A stretch of DNA of 64,000 nucleotides from Nitrospirota bacterium (GCA_963703955.1 CAVPGK010000023.1:64001-128000), one strand, 5' to 3'. Numbered from the stretch's first letter, positions 1 through 12,251 are shown. Translations and numbers: made by a program. Notes: generated from the letters alone by a model not told the origin.

Positions 1-2
1 AG

Positions 3-74
3 CAGGGCTGGGATGCGTGCACGGGATGGGGAACGCCAAACGGAGCAAAGCTTCTCCAGGCGCTCGGAGGCTAA
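3..74 (+). CDS. C-terminal end of an S53 (sedolisin/kumamolisin) family peptidase, partial
   Basis: Frame from nt 3 reads QGWDACTGWGTPNGAKLLQALGG*, matching the GWDxxTGxGxP calcium-binding C-terminal motif of sedolisins; the gene starts before the window. Confidence 0.8.
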   Translation, partial: QGWDACTGWGTPNGAKLLQALGG

Positions 75-492
75 TCTAATATGGAAAACGGAGCCTGACC
101 AAACGCTTGACCTGAGCGCAAAATAGACGCGGCGATGTCCCGCGAGCCTGGTCTTACACCAGGGCGCGTACTCGTAAATCGAGTTTGCTGAGCGCGGCTT
201 GTTCATGTCGCTTAGGCACCCTTAGCAGCCGCATAGCGGATATGCCGAGAGGTCGGTTTCGTGCGTCTAGAAATTGAGGAGCACGAAATCAGTCGCCCTC
301 AGCAACTTCAATCGTCGCTGTCTACTAATGGGACCGTACCCGGGCAGCAGGTCACTCCTCTACGGCCCTGGATTAAGCCAGAAGGGCGGCAAGGAATGCC
401 GCGCCTCTGTGACTTCCTTGGTCCTACGATAGCCACGTACCGATCGTGATCGGGTGCACAATACTGAATGCCCAGGAAGAGAGGGGTTCGTC

Positions 493-3400
493 ATGATGAA
501 CATCTTCCGTCGTCCCTCAGGTATCTGGTGTCGTTTTGCGATGATGTGGCTGGCCGGGCTCTTGTCTGTCATGGCCCCGCCGCCAACTAGAAGCCAGGTC
601 CACGCGCCGCCGATCACGCCGTCGGGACTGAACACGCACATTGGCGCGCCCACACCGCTCCCAACTGGACAGATCAACTATGACATCACGGGGGGAACCA
701 GGCCGGGAAACGGGGCGAACCTCTTTCACAGCTTCGGGCAGTTTGGGGTGCCCACCAACAATATCGCGAACTTCCTGAACGACACGGCGCTGGCGACGTC
801 CAACATCCTCGGCCGTGTGACCGGCGGACCACCTCGAACATCTTCGGCACGATTCAGACCAGCGGCTTTGGGAGTGCGAATCTGTTTCTGATGAACCCGG
901 CTGGCATCCTCTTCGGTCCCAATGCGACGTTGAACATCGGTGGCATGGCGACCTTCACGACGGCAGATTATCTCAAGCTGGCCGATGGGACTCGCTTCTA
1001 CGCCGCGCCCAATGCCGCGGCCGATGCATTGCTGAGCATTGCGCCAGTGGCGGGCTTTGGGTTCTTGGGGCCGAGGTCGGGCCCGATCACGGTGGATCAC
1101 AGCACGCTGCAGATGCCGGAGGGGAAGGGGTTGGCGCTGGTGGGCGGAGCGATCAGCATCGTGGGGGGACGACTGATCACCAAAGGAGCGCCTGTTGAGC
1201 TGACCGGACGCGAGTCGATCGTCATTGCGGGGACGGTCCAGGATGGGACGACCGGCGTCTTTGCGTCAGCGGACAGCGCCGGCCATCCAGGCCATGTCAC
1301 CCTCTCGGCGCCGACCATACAGCTGCAGACGGCGACGCTGGAGAGCAGCGCAGGGGAGATCGGCAGTGCCGGGACGGTCACGATCCAAGGGTTCGGAGGA
1401 CCGGCGGCGAAAACTGTGTCCCTGGACAATGCCACGGTCCGGACGACGATCAGCGGAGGCAGCGCGCTCAGCACACCGGGTCACATCACCATCACCGCGG
1501 ACTCTGTGACGCTCAGCAATGGGACGCTTCTTACGGCCGACACCTTTGGTGCGGCGCCCGCCGGGGACATCACCTTTAACGTGGGGTCACTGACCACGAT
1601 CGGAGGGCCGAATCGCGTCAATGCCCACCCGGAGGATACATTCACCGATCCCAAGCTCAATGAGGTGGGAGTCCTGATTGCCAGTAATAGCAGGGGCCTG
1701 AGTGCAGAGGCGGGTCCCGCCGGGACGATCACCATTCAAGGGGTCAACGGTCCAGGGAGCAGGGCAAAGAGTGTCAGCCTCGACGATACCAACCTGTCCA
1801 CGAAGGTGTTTGGCGGGACGGCGGATACGAGGCCAGCCTCGATCACCATGACGGCGGACTCAGTGGACCTCGGCACCGCCACGGACCCGGTGAACCTCGG
1901 ACACGGCGTCTTCATCGAGGCGGTCACCGCCGGCCCCGCGCCCGCGGGGCATATTGCGCTCCACGTCAACACGCTGCGGGCGGATGTGAACCCGGACGGA
2001 ACACCGATCAAAGGCGCAGGTGGAGTATTCTTTAACACCGCAAGCCAAAGTCGAGACAGCACAGCCGGGCCCGCCGGAACCGTGACCATCTCGGGACCGG
2101 GCCCGGAGTCCACGGATGCGGCGACGCTGGTCGCCCTCGACAAGACGCAGATCACCACGTCGGTGCTCGGTGGCACCGCCGCCACACCTCCGGCGGGGAT
2201 CACGATCACGGCGAAGACTCTGGCTCTCAGCTCTGAAATAGGCACTCCCGTATTCGAGGAGCTTATTGGCGAAACGGGGATTTTTGCGGCCTCGGCGGGT
2301 GCCGCGCCCGCAGGGCATATTGCGTTCCACGTCGACACGCTGCGGGCGAATGTGAACCCGGATGGGACGCCAATGGGCCACGGCTATGGGTTCCTCGGCA
2401 CCTTTAGTCAAAGCCGAGATAGCACCGCCGGCCCGGCCGGGACCATAACCATTTCGGGGCCGGGCCCGGGACCGACAGATGCCGCCACCTTGGTGTCCCT
2501 CAGCAACTTCTCCCTCAATACCGATATTGCCGGCGGGACGGCGGCCACGGTCCCGTCGGCGGTCACGATCACGGCGCACACCCTCACCTTCAGCGGGAGC
2601 ATTCGCACCAATGAACTTGGGTTGCGAACGGGGATTCTGGCGTCATCGTCCGGCAGTGCGCCCGCGGGGAACGTTGTGCTCAACGTCGATACGTTGTCGA
2701 CCAGTAACACGAACTTTTCGAGCAGTAGTACCAGTGCCGCCGTCAACGCCGGGAACGCCGGGAGGATCACCATTCAAGGCGTCGCTGGGGCCGGCTCGCT
2801 CCCGACTGCCGTGACGCTCAACCAGACCGACATCGCAACGGAAGCGAACGCCGGCACCGGCGGGTCCATCGCGCTGGCCTCCGCGACGAACATTCTGCTG
2901 ACTGACTCCACCATTTCGGCCGCCGTCACCGGCGGCAGCCAACCGGGCGGCCACATCACGTTGTCGGCCGGTAACCACATCGCGCTCACCGATGGATCGG
3001 TGATCTCGGCGCAAAGTAGCGGTCTGGGGAATGCGGGCAACATCACCCTCACGGCAGGGGAGGAAGTGCTCAGCACCAACAGTGCGGTGACCACCGAGGC
3101 TAGCCATGCGAGCGGCGGCAATATCACGGTAACGGCAACGGATCTGGTTCAACTCACGAACAGCCAGATCAACGCCTCGGTGCAAGGTTCCACGACGACT
3201 ACCGGTGGCAACATCACCATCGACCCGCAGTTTGTGATTTTGCAGAACAGCCAGATCCTTGCCGAGGCGACGCAGGGTCAGGGCGGGAACATCTCCATTG
3301 CGACCAATGCCTTGGTCCCCGATGCCACGAGCCTGGTGGACGCGTCGTCGCAGTTTGGGGTCAGCGGGACCGTGAGGATTCAATCGCCGAATGCCCCCGC

Positions 3401-3731
3401 GGCCGGCAAGATCGTGCCACTGTCCAAGACCACGCTGGAGACCGCTCCGCTGTTGAGCCAGCGATGCGCGGCCATGGCAGGCGGCCTGTACAGCAGCTTT
3501 GTGGTGGCGGGGCACTACGGCATGCCGACGGTGCCGGGCGGGTGGCTGGCGAGCCCACTGGCGGCGCTGGGCGCGGGCGCAGGGCACAGGACAGGAGGCG
3601 AGGTGCAAGAGGGCCAAAACGCGGCCTCCTTGCATACAAATGAGACCGAGATCATGTCGTTACGCAGGCTGCTGTCTACCGACACAGTGGCGAACATCTT
3701 AACGAATTGGACAGCAGACTGTGGCTCATGA
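493..3731 (+). CDS. Filamentous haemagglutinin N-terminal (TPS) domain exoprotein, TpsA-like; frameshift near 828
   Basis: Signal peptide, then NLFHSFGQF...NILGRVTGG; second frame continues SNIFGTIQT...NLFLMNPAGILFGPNA (NPxG motif). Gly/Ala/Thr-rich beta-helix repeats; GAGGGG RBS before ATG 493. Confidence 0.85.
1360..2830 (+). repeat. Internal ~110-125 aa repeats in the TpsA-like gene (about 4-5 units)
   Basis: Recurring AGTxTIxGxxGP...GGTAxT..ITITA..PAGxI; near-identical DNA at ~1940-2220 and ~2305-2590 (catattgcg.tccacgtc.acacgctgcgggcg.atgtgaacccgga). Confidence 0.8.
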
Positions 3732-3892
3732 CCGGTCGTGCTGGGAAATGGAAGGCATTCGAGTAAAGAGTTGTCTGAATGTTAGAACCGTGTCAGAGAG
3801 GCTGGTACTGGAGCCATACAGAGTTTCGATAAGTAGAATTTTCCCAAAATTACCAAAATGCATCAATTAACTATGACAGAAAGACGAGGACT

Positions 3893-4291
3893 CTAGGGAT
3901 CGCCAGCCTCGACGGTCACCAAGCCGACAAAATTCATTTCTCCGGTCTGTAGGGCCCTGTCTAACCGTACCGTATAACGCAGAAGGCCGGCTTGTGAAAA
4001 GCAAAGGCTGGCGCTGTGGTGTGAGGGCAAGCTCGTTGCATTGACGACGTCGCTGAAGCCAAATCCTCGCCGGCAGTTAATCTTTCCTTCTAGAGAATCA
4101 AGGAATACGATTTGGACCGACCCATTACGTTGATTCAACCAACGGACTTCATCGCCCATCTGAACAGTGATGTTCCGCAACGGAAACGACTCCCCGATGA
4201 TGATTTCGTGAACTTTACCAGTTCGACTGGTGCGGGGAAGCAGGCTGCAGGCGGCTAATAAGCAAGCCATGCCCACAATAATGAACGTCAT
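3893..4291 (-). CDS. Cupredoxin-like fold lipoprotein
   Basis: Lipobox LLAAC; ITVQMGDEVRWLN, SASLCFSQAG, YTVR and GLVTV strands typical of cupredoxin-like folds; no canonical C-x-x-H-x-M type-1 copper loop. Confidence 0.6.
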   Translation of the reverse strand: MTFIIVGMACLLAACSLLPRTSRTGKVHEIIIGESFPLRNITVQMGDEVRWLNQRNGSVQIVFLDSLEGKINCRRGFGFSDVVNATSLPSHHSASLCFSQAGLLRYTVRLDRALQTGEMNFVGLVTVEAGDP

Positions 4292-4458
4292 TCCATAAAT
4301 ATTCTCAGACTTTCTGCCCACACAATCTGTAGACGTCATCATCATCTTCGGTGCCAATCGTTCTCTCACAGCGCTCACCACCAACATGTCACAAGACTCT
4401 CTCGGCTATTGGCGCCAGCCTTTCGGTCTGATCGGGGATCTAGTGCACGCGTAAGCTT

Positions 4459-5727
4459 TCAGTCCATTGTGTTGAGAGCATTCGAGCGGATTGACTCCTT
4501 CACATTCAAGTCGTGTGTCAGCCTTTTGGCTTCGGCCATTTGCTTAGCGCTCATCTGCTGAACGACAGAATCGCGAAGCATGAGCGCTTCCTTATGACCT
4601 TGTGCTCCGGCCCGGCTGAACCAGAGGTACGCTTGAATAGGATCCTGTGGTACCCCGTAGCCTTTGGCATAGAGCACCCCAAGGTTGACTTGAGCCGTCG
4701 CCTCCGCCTGCTCGGCAGCGCGGCGAAACCATTGTCTGGCCTCGCGGTAATCCTGCGGAACTCCCTGTCCTCTGGCATACAGAAGTCCGAGGTTGAGTTG
4801 AGCTATTGCATTCTCTTGATCAGCAGCGAGACGCAACCAGCGCCTGGCCTCCCCGTAATCCTGGGTGACACCGTGACCCTTGGCGTACATCAGCCCGAGA
4901 CTGACTTGAGCGGTCGCATTGTTTTGGTTGGCTGCCAGGCGAAGCCATCGTGCTGCCTCCGTATAATCTTGGGCAATGCCCTGTCCCTTGAGATAGAGGA
5001 GTCCAAGGTTGACTTGCGCGGAGACATTCCCTTGTTCGGCTGCTAATCGATACCACTGCCGCGCGTCAACGTAACTCTGTCGCACCCCGTGACCCTGGGC
5101 GTACATGAGCGCGAGATTGAACTGCGCCCGATCATTCCCCTGGTCTGACGCCTGACGAAACCATTGCAAAGCTTCAACATAACTTTGTGGGACCCCCTGG
5201 CCCGTGACATACAGATGACCGAGATTCACCGCGGCCGTCGCGTCCCCCTGCGCAGCCGCCTGACGAAACCACCGAGCCGCTTCCGTGTAATTCTGTGGAA
5301 CGCCGTGACCTTGGCTGTACATCAGCGCTAGGTTAAGTTGAGCGATAGCATTGCCTTGCTGTGCCGACAAGCGAAACCAGTGAGCTGCTTCTGCAACGTC
5401 CTGCCGGACACCGTGCCCCGCATCGAACATGATTCCCAGATTGAGCTGAGCCAGCACATGTCCCTGGGTGGCAGCGTCGCGAAACCATCGCACAGCTTCG
5501 GCATGGTCTTCCTCCACACCTTCCCCATGGGCATACATATAGCCGAGCATGAACTCAGCCGATGCATCGCCGTGTTCGGCCAGTGACCGAAAACTCTTCA
5601 GAGCCGTTTCATAGTGATGGCTCTGATAGGCTTGCATCCCTCCAGGAAAATCCGCCCAACATGGCGGGATGGTCACGTGGGTAACGACGATGGCGAAGGC
5701 TAGTGAGCTGAGCTGGAACCATCTCAT
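4459..5727 (-). CDS. Sel1-like repeat protein, secreted
   Basis: Signal peptide plus about 10 repeats of 36 aa, AQxNLGxMYxxGxGVxQDYxEAxxWFRxAAxQG. Confidence 0.95.
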   Translation of the reverse strand: MRWFQLSSLAFAIVVTHVTIPPCWADFPGGMQAYQSHHYETALKSFRSLAEHGDASAEFMLGYMYAHGEGVEEDHAEAVRWFRDAATQGHVLAQLNLGIMFDAGHGVRQDVAEAAHWFRLSAQQGNAIAQLNLALMYSQGHGVPQNYTEAARWFRQAAAQGDATAAVNLGHLYVTGQGVPQSYVEALQWFRQASDQGNDRAQFNLALMYAQGHGVRQSYVDARQWYRLAAEQGNVSAQVNLGLLYLKGQGIAQDYTEAARWLRLAANQNNATAQVSLGLMYAKGHGVTQDYGEARRWLRLAADQENAIAQLNLGLLYARGQGVPQDYREARQWFRRAAEQAEATAQVNLGVLYAKGYGVPQDPIQAYLWFSRAGAQGHKEALMLRDSVVQQMSAKQMAEAKRLTHDLNVKESIRSNALNTMD

Positions 5728-5902
5728 GGGTCCACTTCAGGGCTATGCAACCTGCTCCTTCAACTAGTAAACCTTCTGCTTTTATTGTACTGCCCTGTCA
5801 AAGGCTGGTGTTGTAAGCGCTTTGGCCGGATGCGAGTCAGCCCACTCTTACAGCTGAATTGGGGAGTGGTTGGATTCTGAATCGAAGAGACAGCTAATCT
5901 TA

Positions 5903-6442
5903 ACACTTCGCCGTCAAATTGAACAGGGAGCTCCCATCGATGTGTTTCTTCCTGAGGCGTTTGAGGAAGTCGAGAAATTGCATAAGAAGGGACTGACTCT
6001 CAACGGAGGACCTCGGATCTTCGCGCGGACCTCTCTCGTGCTCGTCATGGCAACGGCCTCCCCGGCAATATCCATCTCCTTTCACGATGTGTTTCCGGAT
6101 CGAACAATCCGCATTGCCCTCGTCGATCCCAAGACCTCAGCATTGGGAGAAATTACGGCGAGTGCGCTCACAAAGCTGGATCCCGCGTACAAAAACCGTT
6201 CCCACCTTCTCCACGTCGAGCATAGTGATGATGTCGTGAATCTGATTCGCACGGGGAAGGCCGAGGTCGGCATCGTCTACCGCGTGGATGCGATCAACAG
6301 CGGGCAGGTGCGCATCATTGACGAAGCCCCGGCCGGAAGGCATACACCGGTCCAATTCGGGGAAGCGGTGGTGTGGACCTGTCGGAAAGCATCCCTTGGT
6401 GTCGCGGAAGAGTTTTTTAATTTCATCGTGTCCGCTGATTAA
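5903..6442 (+). pseudogene. modA: Remnant of a molybdate ABC substrate-binding protein (ModA-like)
   Basis: TLRRQIEQGAPIDVF and GKAEVGIVYRVDA motifs; lacks the signal peptide and N-terminal AAxSL segment, ends early at FIVSAD*; no modBC nearby. Confidence 0.65.
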
Positions 6443-6719
6443 GAGACTAAGTAATCATCACGATCCAAACAAAACCGCACAAACACAGTAATGACCTAGA
6501 CAAGAGAGGTCAAAAAGGGACATCTATCCGCGCAAGGTGGTCGGCAGGCAGAGGTAAGTGGCATCTAGTATGGTCTTACGCTCCGGGGTAAAGCGTCCCC
6601 GAATTAACACGACCGTTGAGGTAAGCGTCCGTGGCGACGCGACATGGTTAAAGCTGAGGTTAGGGTTGAGCAAGAAGCTTTCGCCTTACACTGCCCCCTG
6701 CTTTGCCTCAGCCTTGTGC

Positions 6720-7121
6720 TCAGTAACTGCGGGTCGGGAGGTTCATCGCTGGCGTTGGATGAGCCTCGACCTTTCCGTGTTGTCGTAGCGGGGGAGAATC
6801 CCAAATGACTTTATTTCCGGGCGCCAACGTCGCAGCCTCCTTAAAGTGACGCTTGGCCTCCGCTTCGTCTCCGAGGCTCGACAGAGCCCACCCCAAGTTG
6901 TAGTGCGCTTCCGCCAGGGACGGCTGTGCTTTGATGGCCGCTTCGTACTGAACCTTCGCCTCTTCGAACTGCCTCGCCTTGAACAGACGGTTTCCTTCTT
7001 CCATGATCGTGACGATGGCGGGATCGGTCCCCGCGGGAGCGTGAAGCGTCCGTTCGGCGCGCTGAGGTGCCGCGCAGGCCGCGAGCGTCCAACCCACCAC
7101 GACTAAGGCAAGTATCTTCAT
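6720..7121 (-). CDS. TPR-containing lipoprotein
   Basis: GGAGG RBS; MKILALVVVGWTLAAC lipobox; TPR motif AEAHYNLGWALSSLG..EAKRHFKEA. Confidence 0.85.
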   Translation of the reverse strand: MKILALVVVGWTLAACAAPQRAERTLHAPAGTDPAIVTIMEEGNRLFKARQFEEAKVQYEAAIKAQPSLAEAHYNLGWALSSLGDEAEAKRHFKEAATLAPGNKVIWDSPPLRQHGKVEAHPTPAMNLPTRSY

Positions 7122-7364
7122 CCCAGCGACCCTCCTGTTATCGGCACGGCCGTACCGTTGCGCAGAAACACGAGCGAACACCCGACTGCATCGCGGTCCA
7201 GACAACGAGAGACGGCACGCTGAGGTTCGCTGCGCGGAGGTCGGCCCGGCGGAGGCCCGCCCCGCTCTGACAGGCGGCCTCAGCCATCCCATCTTGAGGC
7301 TACACCGCCGACCAGCGGGAGGGGACAAGAGTGCATCGCACTTTGGCGGTCGTTTCTGCAGCCG

Positions 7365-7700
7365 TCAGAACACCATTGTGTGCTCGACGAGATACTTGCC
7401 TGCTTTCTCTACGAGGAGCATCTCGGCAACGAATTCTCCCGGCGCTTTTGTGAACCACTGCTTCCAAACAATGGCTGCGGCGCCAGGCCGTTTGAACACA
7501 GCTACCGCTTCGCGTCTGGAAAAGAATCCTTTCTCCCGCTGGTACTTCTCGCAGACTCTCTGAAGATACTCTTTGGTCACGATGCCCTTCATTCGTTCGC
7601 TGAAATCTCGAACGTGACGCGCATGATCGATTGCGGTCGATGCGTCCATGAGATTATCCATGATCGGCTCGGCAATGCCGAGAATTTCGGCATCGGACAT
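7365..7700 (-). CDS. Hypothetical protein (possibly NTF2-like small fold)
   Basis: 111-aa ORF with natural globular composition; no motif recognised with certainty. Confidence 0.65.
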   Translation of the reverse strand: MSDAEILGIAEPIMDNLMDASTAIDHARHVRDFSERMKGIVTKEYLQRVCEKYQREKGFFSRREAVAVFKRPGAAAIVWKQWFTKAPGEFVAEMLLVEKAGKYLVEHTMVF

Positions 7701-7804
7701 ATTTTCCAGTGTCTTCCGAGAACATCACAGGCGCCGTAGGCGTCACCGGTCGGCCGCCGGCCGGACTGCCCCATGCGTACCTGCCGACCAGAGATAGTGG
7801 AAGG

Positions 7805-10800
7805 TTAGTCTCGGGCCAGAACCAGCTCCGGGTCGACATTCTCTTCCTCTCGCAGGGCCGGCCTACCCTCTTTCGGACGATCCTCGAACCACGGGAAGAG
7901 CGCGGGGAGCAGTACGAGGGTCAACAGCGTGGATGTCAGCAACCCGCCGATGACGACCACGGCTAGCGGCCGTTGCACTTCAGACCCAATCCCGTGTGAG
8001 AGGGCCAGCGGAAGAAGACCGAACAGGGAAACGAGTGCGGTCATGAGAACCGGCCGGAGGCGCAACAGACAGCCATGGATGATCGCCTCGTCGCCGTGCT
8101 GGCCGTCTTTGCGTAATTTGATAATGTACGACACCAGCACGATGCCGTTCAGAACCGCCACCCCGAACAGATTGATGAACCCGACCGACGCCGGCACGCT
8201 CAGATATTCCCCGGTCAGCCAGAGGGCCACAATACCGCCGATCAACGCAAACGGAAGGTTGAGAATGATCAGCGCGGCGTACCGGACCGAATTGAAGGAC
8301 GAGAACAGGAGCATGAAGATTAACCCGATCGTAATGGGCACGATGATCTTGAGCCGGGCCATGGCCCGTTGCATGTTCTCGAAAGAACCACCCCAGACGA
8401 GGTGGTAGCCGGAGGGTAATTGCACTTGCTTCTTGATCTTCTGTTGCGCTTCGGCCACGATGCTTTCGATATCGCGACCCAACGTATTGAACCCGATATA
8501 GATCCGGCGTTGCAGGTTCTCGCGACTGATGAGCGCTGGCCCTTCACGCAACTCGACCTTCGCCAGGTCGCCGAGCGGAATCGAAGCTCCGGAAGCGTTG
8601 GTCAGGAGAATGTTGCTGATCGTTTCCACACTGTTGCGGTATTGCTCGGGGTATCTCAAGACGAGGTCGAACCGGCGCTGCCCTTCATAGACGCGTGTGG
8701 CCGCTTCCGCCCCGATGGCCGTGGTGATAATTTCCCGGATGTGCGCGACGTTGATCCCGTGCCGGGCGATCCTTCCACGGTCGATGTCGATCGTGAGATA
8801 GGCTTGACCGAACAATTGTTCCACCCGCACGTCTTTCACTCCTCTCACAGAGCTCATGATGGCGTGAATCTCCTCCGCGGTCCTTCTCAGGACGCTCAAG
8901 TCCTCCCCGATCACCTTCACGGTGGCCTCGGAGCGAACACCAGACAACAATTCGTCCACGCGTTGCTGGATCGGCTGGCTTAATAGGAAGTTCGCCCCGG
9001 GCACGTGTTCAAGGCGTTTCCGGATCGCGTCATCGAGCTCCGACTTCGTGTCTGCCGTGGTCCATTCCTCCATCGGCTTCAAGGAGACGACCGGATCGCT
9101 GGCGTTCGGCTCCTGTGGATCATTGCCCAATTCCGAGCGTCCGATCTTGGAGACGACCATTCTTACTTCGGGGAATTCCAGAACCGCTCGCTGCATGTCT
9201 TTCTCGATCTCGATCGATTTCTCGAGGGAGATACTTGGTAGGCGGATTGTCTGCGGCGTGATCGCCGCCTCATTGAGAATCGGGATAAATTCACCGCCGA
9301 GAAATGGAAACAGCATCAGGCTGCCCAGCAGGAGGATAATCGCGATGCCGAGCACAGCCTTGCGGTGGCCAAGAGCCCAGCTGAGAGCCGGAAGATAGAC
9401 TTGCTTGGCCCGCCGGAGGAGGAATGTGTCTTCCTCACTCCCGCTCTTTAAGGCCAGCGAACACAGCACAGGAGAGAGTGTGAGCGAAAGAATCAAAGAA
9501 ACCAGCAGCGCAATCATGATCGTGTATGCCAGGGGTTGGAACATCTTTCCTTCCATGCCGTGCAACGAAAGGATCGGCAGAAACACGATGATGATGATGA
9601 GAATGCCGAAGACGACGGGTTGCCCCACTTCCTTCACGGCCCGAATGACCAACTCCGTCCGGTTTCGCGCTTCACCGCGGTGCTCCGACAGAAGACGATA
9701 GACGTTCTCCACCACCACGACCGACCCGTCCACCATCATCCCGATCGCAATCACCAGCCCGCCCAAGGACATGAGATTAGCGGTCAGCCCGACCTGGCCC
9801 ATCACGATGAACGTCACCAACGGCGTGATGATCAGGGTCGCAGTGACGATGAGGGCGCTCCGCACATTGCCGAGGAACAGGAACAGGATCAGCACCACCA
9901 GGACGACCCCTTCGAGCAGCGCCTTATACACGGTCTGGAGTGCGGCGGTGATCAGTTCGATGCGATCGTAGAACGGCACGATGCGCAGACCGTCCGGCAA
10001 CAGGTTCTTCGCGTGAATCTCGTCGACCTTATCCTTGACCGCTTGAACCACTTCTCTGGCGTTTCCCCCGCGCAGCATCAGCACAATGGCGGCGACAACT
10101 TCCCGATCGCCGTTCAGCACCGCCGCCCCATGGCGCACCGCGTGTCCGATACGGACCTCGGCCACATCGCGCACATAGACGGGAGTGCCCCCGACCTGTT
10201 TCACGACGATAGTCTCAATATCCCCCAAGGTCTTGATCAAGCCCACGCCGCGTACGATGTATTTCTCAGCATCTTTTTCCAGAATATTGCCGCCGGCATT
10301 GGCGTTATTTTTAGCAACCGCCTCGAAGACCTCATGAAGCGCCAGGTTATATTTCCGGAGCAGGCCGGGCTCCACCATGACCTGATACTGCTTGACGAAT
10401 CCTCCTATCGAATTGACGTCCACGACATCAGGCAAACCTTTGAGCAGCGGGCGGATCACCCAATCTTGAAGAGTCCGACGTTCCATAAGGTCCGATTCAG
10501 TTGTGGTCATGGTTTTTCCCATCGTCCTGCGGCCTTTCAAGATAGTATTGATACACTTCCCCCAATCCTGTGGAATTGGGCACTAATTGCGAGACGGCTC
10601 CCGGCGGCAACACCTCCTGCACCTCAAGGACTCGTTCAAGCACCACTTGTCGCGCCAGATAGATATCGATGTCGTCCTCAAAGACGACCGTAATCATCGA
10701 GAGACCGACTTTTGACATTGACCGGATGTCGGTCAGGCCTGGGGCGCCCGTTAATTGAAGCTCGATGGGAAAAGTGACAAATCGTTCGATTTCAGCCGGC

Positions 10801-10970
10801 GAGAGGCCTGGCACTTTGGTGACCACCTGTACCATCACGGTCGTCACGTCGGGAAAGGCGTCAATAGGGATGGTTCTGAACGCGTACAGGCCGCCCGCGG
10901 CCAGCACACAGGCTAGCGTGACGACCAGAACCCGCTGACGAAGAGAAAGATCGAGAAGGGCGGCGATCAT
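7805..10970 (-). CDS. czcA: CusA/CzcA family heavy-metal efflux RND permease; frameshift near 10515
   Basis: N-part PIDAFPDVT..ERFVTFPIE..PNSTGLGEVYQY joins RRTLQDWVIRPLL; ANLMSLGG..GMMVDGSVVVVEN, RLRPVLMTA and EVQRPLAVVVIGG motifs; shift lies in a gggaaaaacc run. Confidence 0.9.
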
Positions 10971-10975
10971 CCAGG

Positions 10976-12230
10976 CTAGATTTGTTCTCCAAGCAGTTCG
11001 GATTTCAGCACAAAGGATCCTTTCGTGACGACCTGTTCTCCTTCCTGAAGACCGTCCAGGACTTTGACGACTTCTCCGTTGGAATCTCCGAGCTTGACGT
11101 CTCGCGCTTCAAAGACCTGCGGCTCGCGCTGCACAAACACAAACCTCCTGTCTCGCTCCCGCTGGATCGAGACTTCGGGAACCAGCAGCACGTTCGCTTC
11201 CGGCTCTGAATAGATGCGAATCGTGGCGAACATCTCCGGCTTCAGCTTGCGATCGCGGTTCTGCAGCTCCAGCCGGAGCCGCATGGTCCGCGTGGCCGGG
11301 TCCAGGACATCGCCCACGTAGGTGATCCTGCCATGAAACACCTCGTTCGGATAGGCCGAGACCCGCACCTCGGCCGACTGGTCCCGCTCGAACTGATCCG
11401 TATGGATATAGGGAATGTCCTTCTCAGGAATGTTGGCTTTGACCCAGACTTCAGAAAGATCGGCCACCACGAACAGCTTTTCGGTGGTCTCAACCACCTC
11501 TCCCTTGGTCAAATTTCGAGCGATAACTCGACCGGCAAACGGCGCGTGAATGGGGATGTAGGAACGGATGATATGATCGCGCTCAAACTGAGAGATCTCC
11601 TTATCAGTCATCCCCAACAACTCTAGGCGATCCCGGGCTTCCCGATCCTCTGCAAGAGCACTGATCCTCTCGCCTTCCCGGCGCTCAGCTTCGGCTTTCC
11701 CGATCACCTTTTCTTGCAAGAGCAACCGGGCCCGCTTGAAGGCCTGCTCAGCCACGTGCAGCTTGGCTTTCGCCTTGAGATATGCGGACTGAGCCATGCC
11801 CAGTTCACTGCTGTACATGATGGCCAGCAACGACCCCGCCTTGACCTCATTGCCGAGATCCGCATACACATCGATGACCCTGCCGCGTGCGAGTGTGGTA
11901 ATTTCCGCCAAGGTATTTTCATCGGGCGCGACAGTGCCGGGGAAATCGCGATGAGTCCGAAATTCACCGGGCACCACCTGCTGAACCTCGACTCCGGCAC
12001 GTGGTCGCCTCTTCCGCCGACAGGCGGACGAGGCCGTGCGTCGATTCCGGCACGGGCGGATGAGGCGCTTTCGTGGCCGCGTCCTGACCTGGAGCCGTAT
12101 CACAGCTCGCGCTCCCCTGCAGCAGGACAGCACACAACCAGGCTCGCAGCAGGTTGAGCCTCAGGTTAGGAGACTTGAGGTAATCTAGGTTGCTCGGAGA
12201 TCTGCTCTTCATCTCCTGACTCTCCGCCAC
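10976..12230 (-). CDS. czcB: RND efflux periplasmic adaptor (CzcB-like); frameshift near 12003
   Basis: GTG with GGAGGAG RBS and N-terminal signal; APFAGRV, VADLSEVWV, DPATRTM and LKPEMFA adaptor motifs. Confidence 0.9.
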
Positions 12231-12251
12231 ACCTTACTCCTCCGGACACTC

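Noticed and set aside
4560..5600. Regular 108-bp periodicity resembling a repeat array
   Set aside because: Fully explained by 36-aa Sel1 repeats within a coding sequence.
7130..7340. GC-rich hairpins upstream of the TPR lipoprotein as a riboswitch
   Set aside because: No recognisable aptamer consensus; such stems are expected by chance at this GC content.
9536..10693. Long antisense or alternate-frame ORFs (e.g. 9536-10693, 2643-3635, 19007-19900, 46604-47713, 49260-50552)
   Set aside because: Shadow ORFs overlapping well-supported genes in high-GC DNA, with Arg/His-rich non-globular composition.
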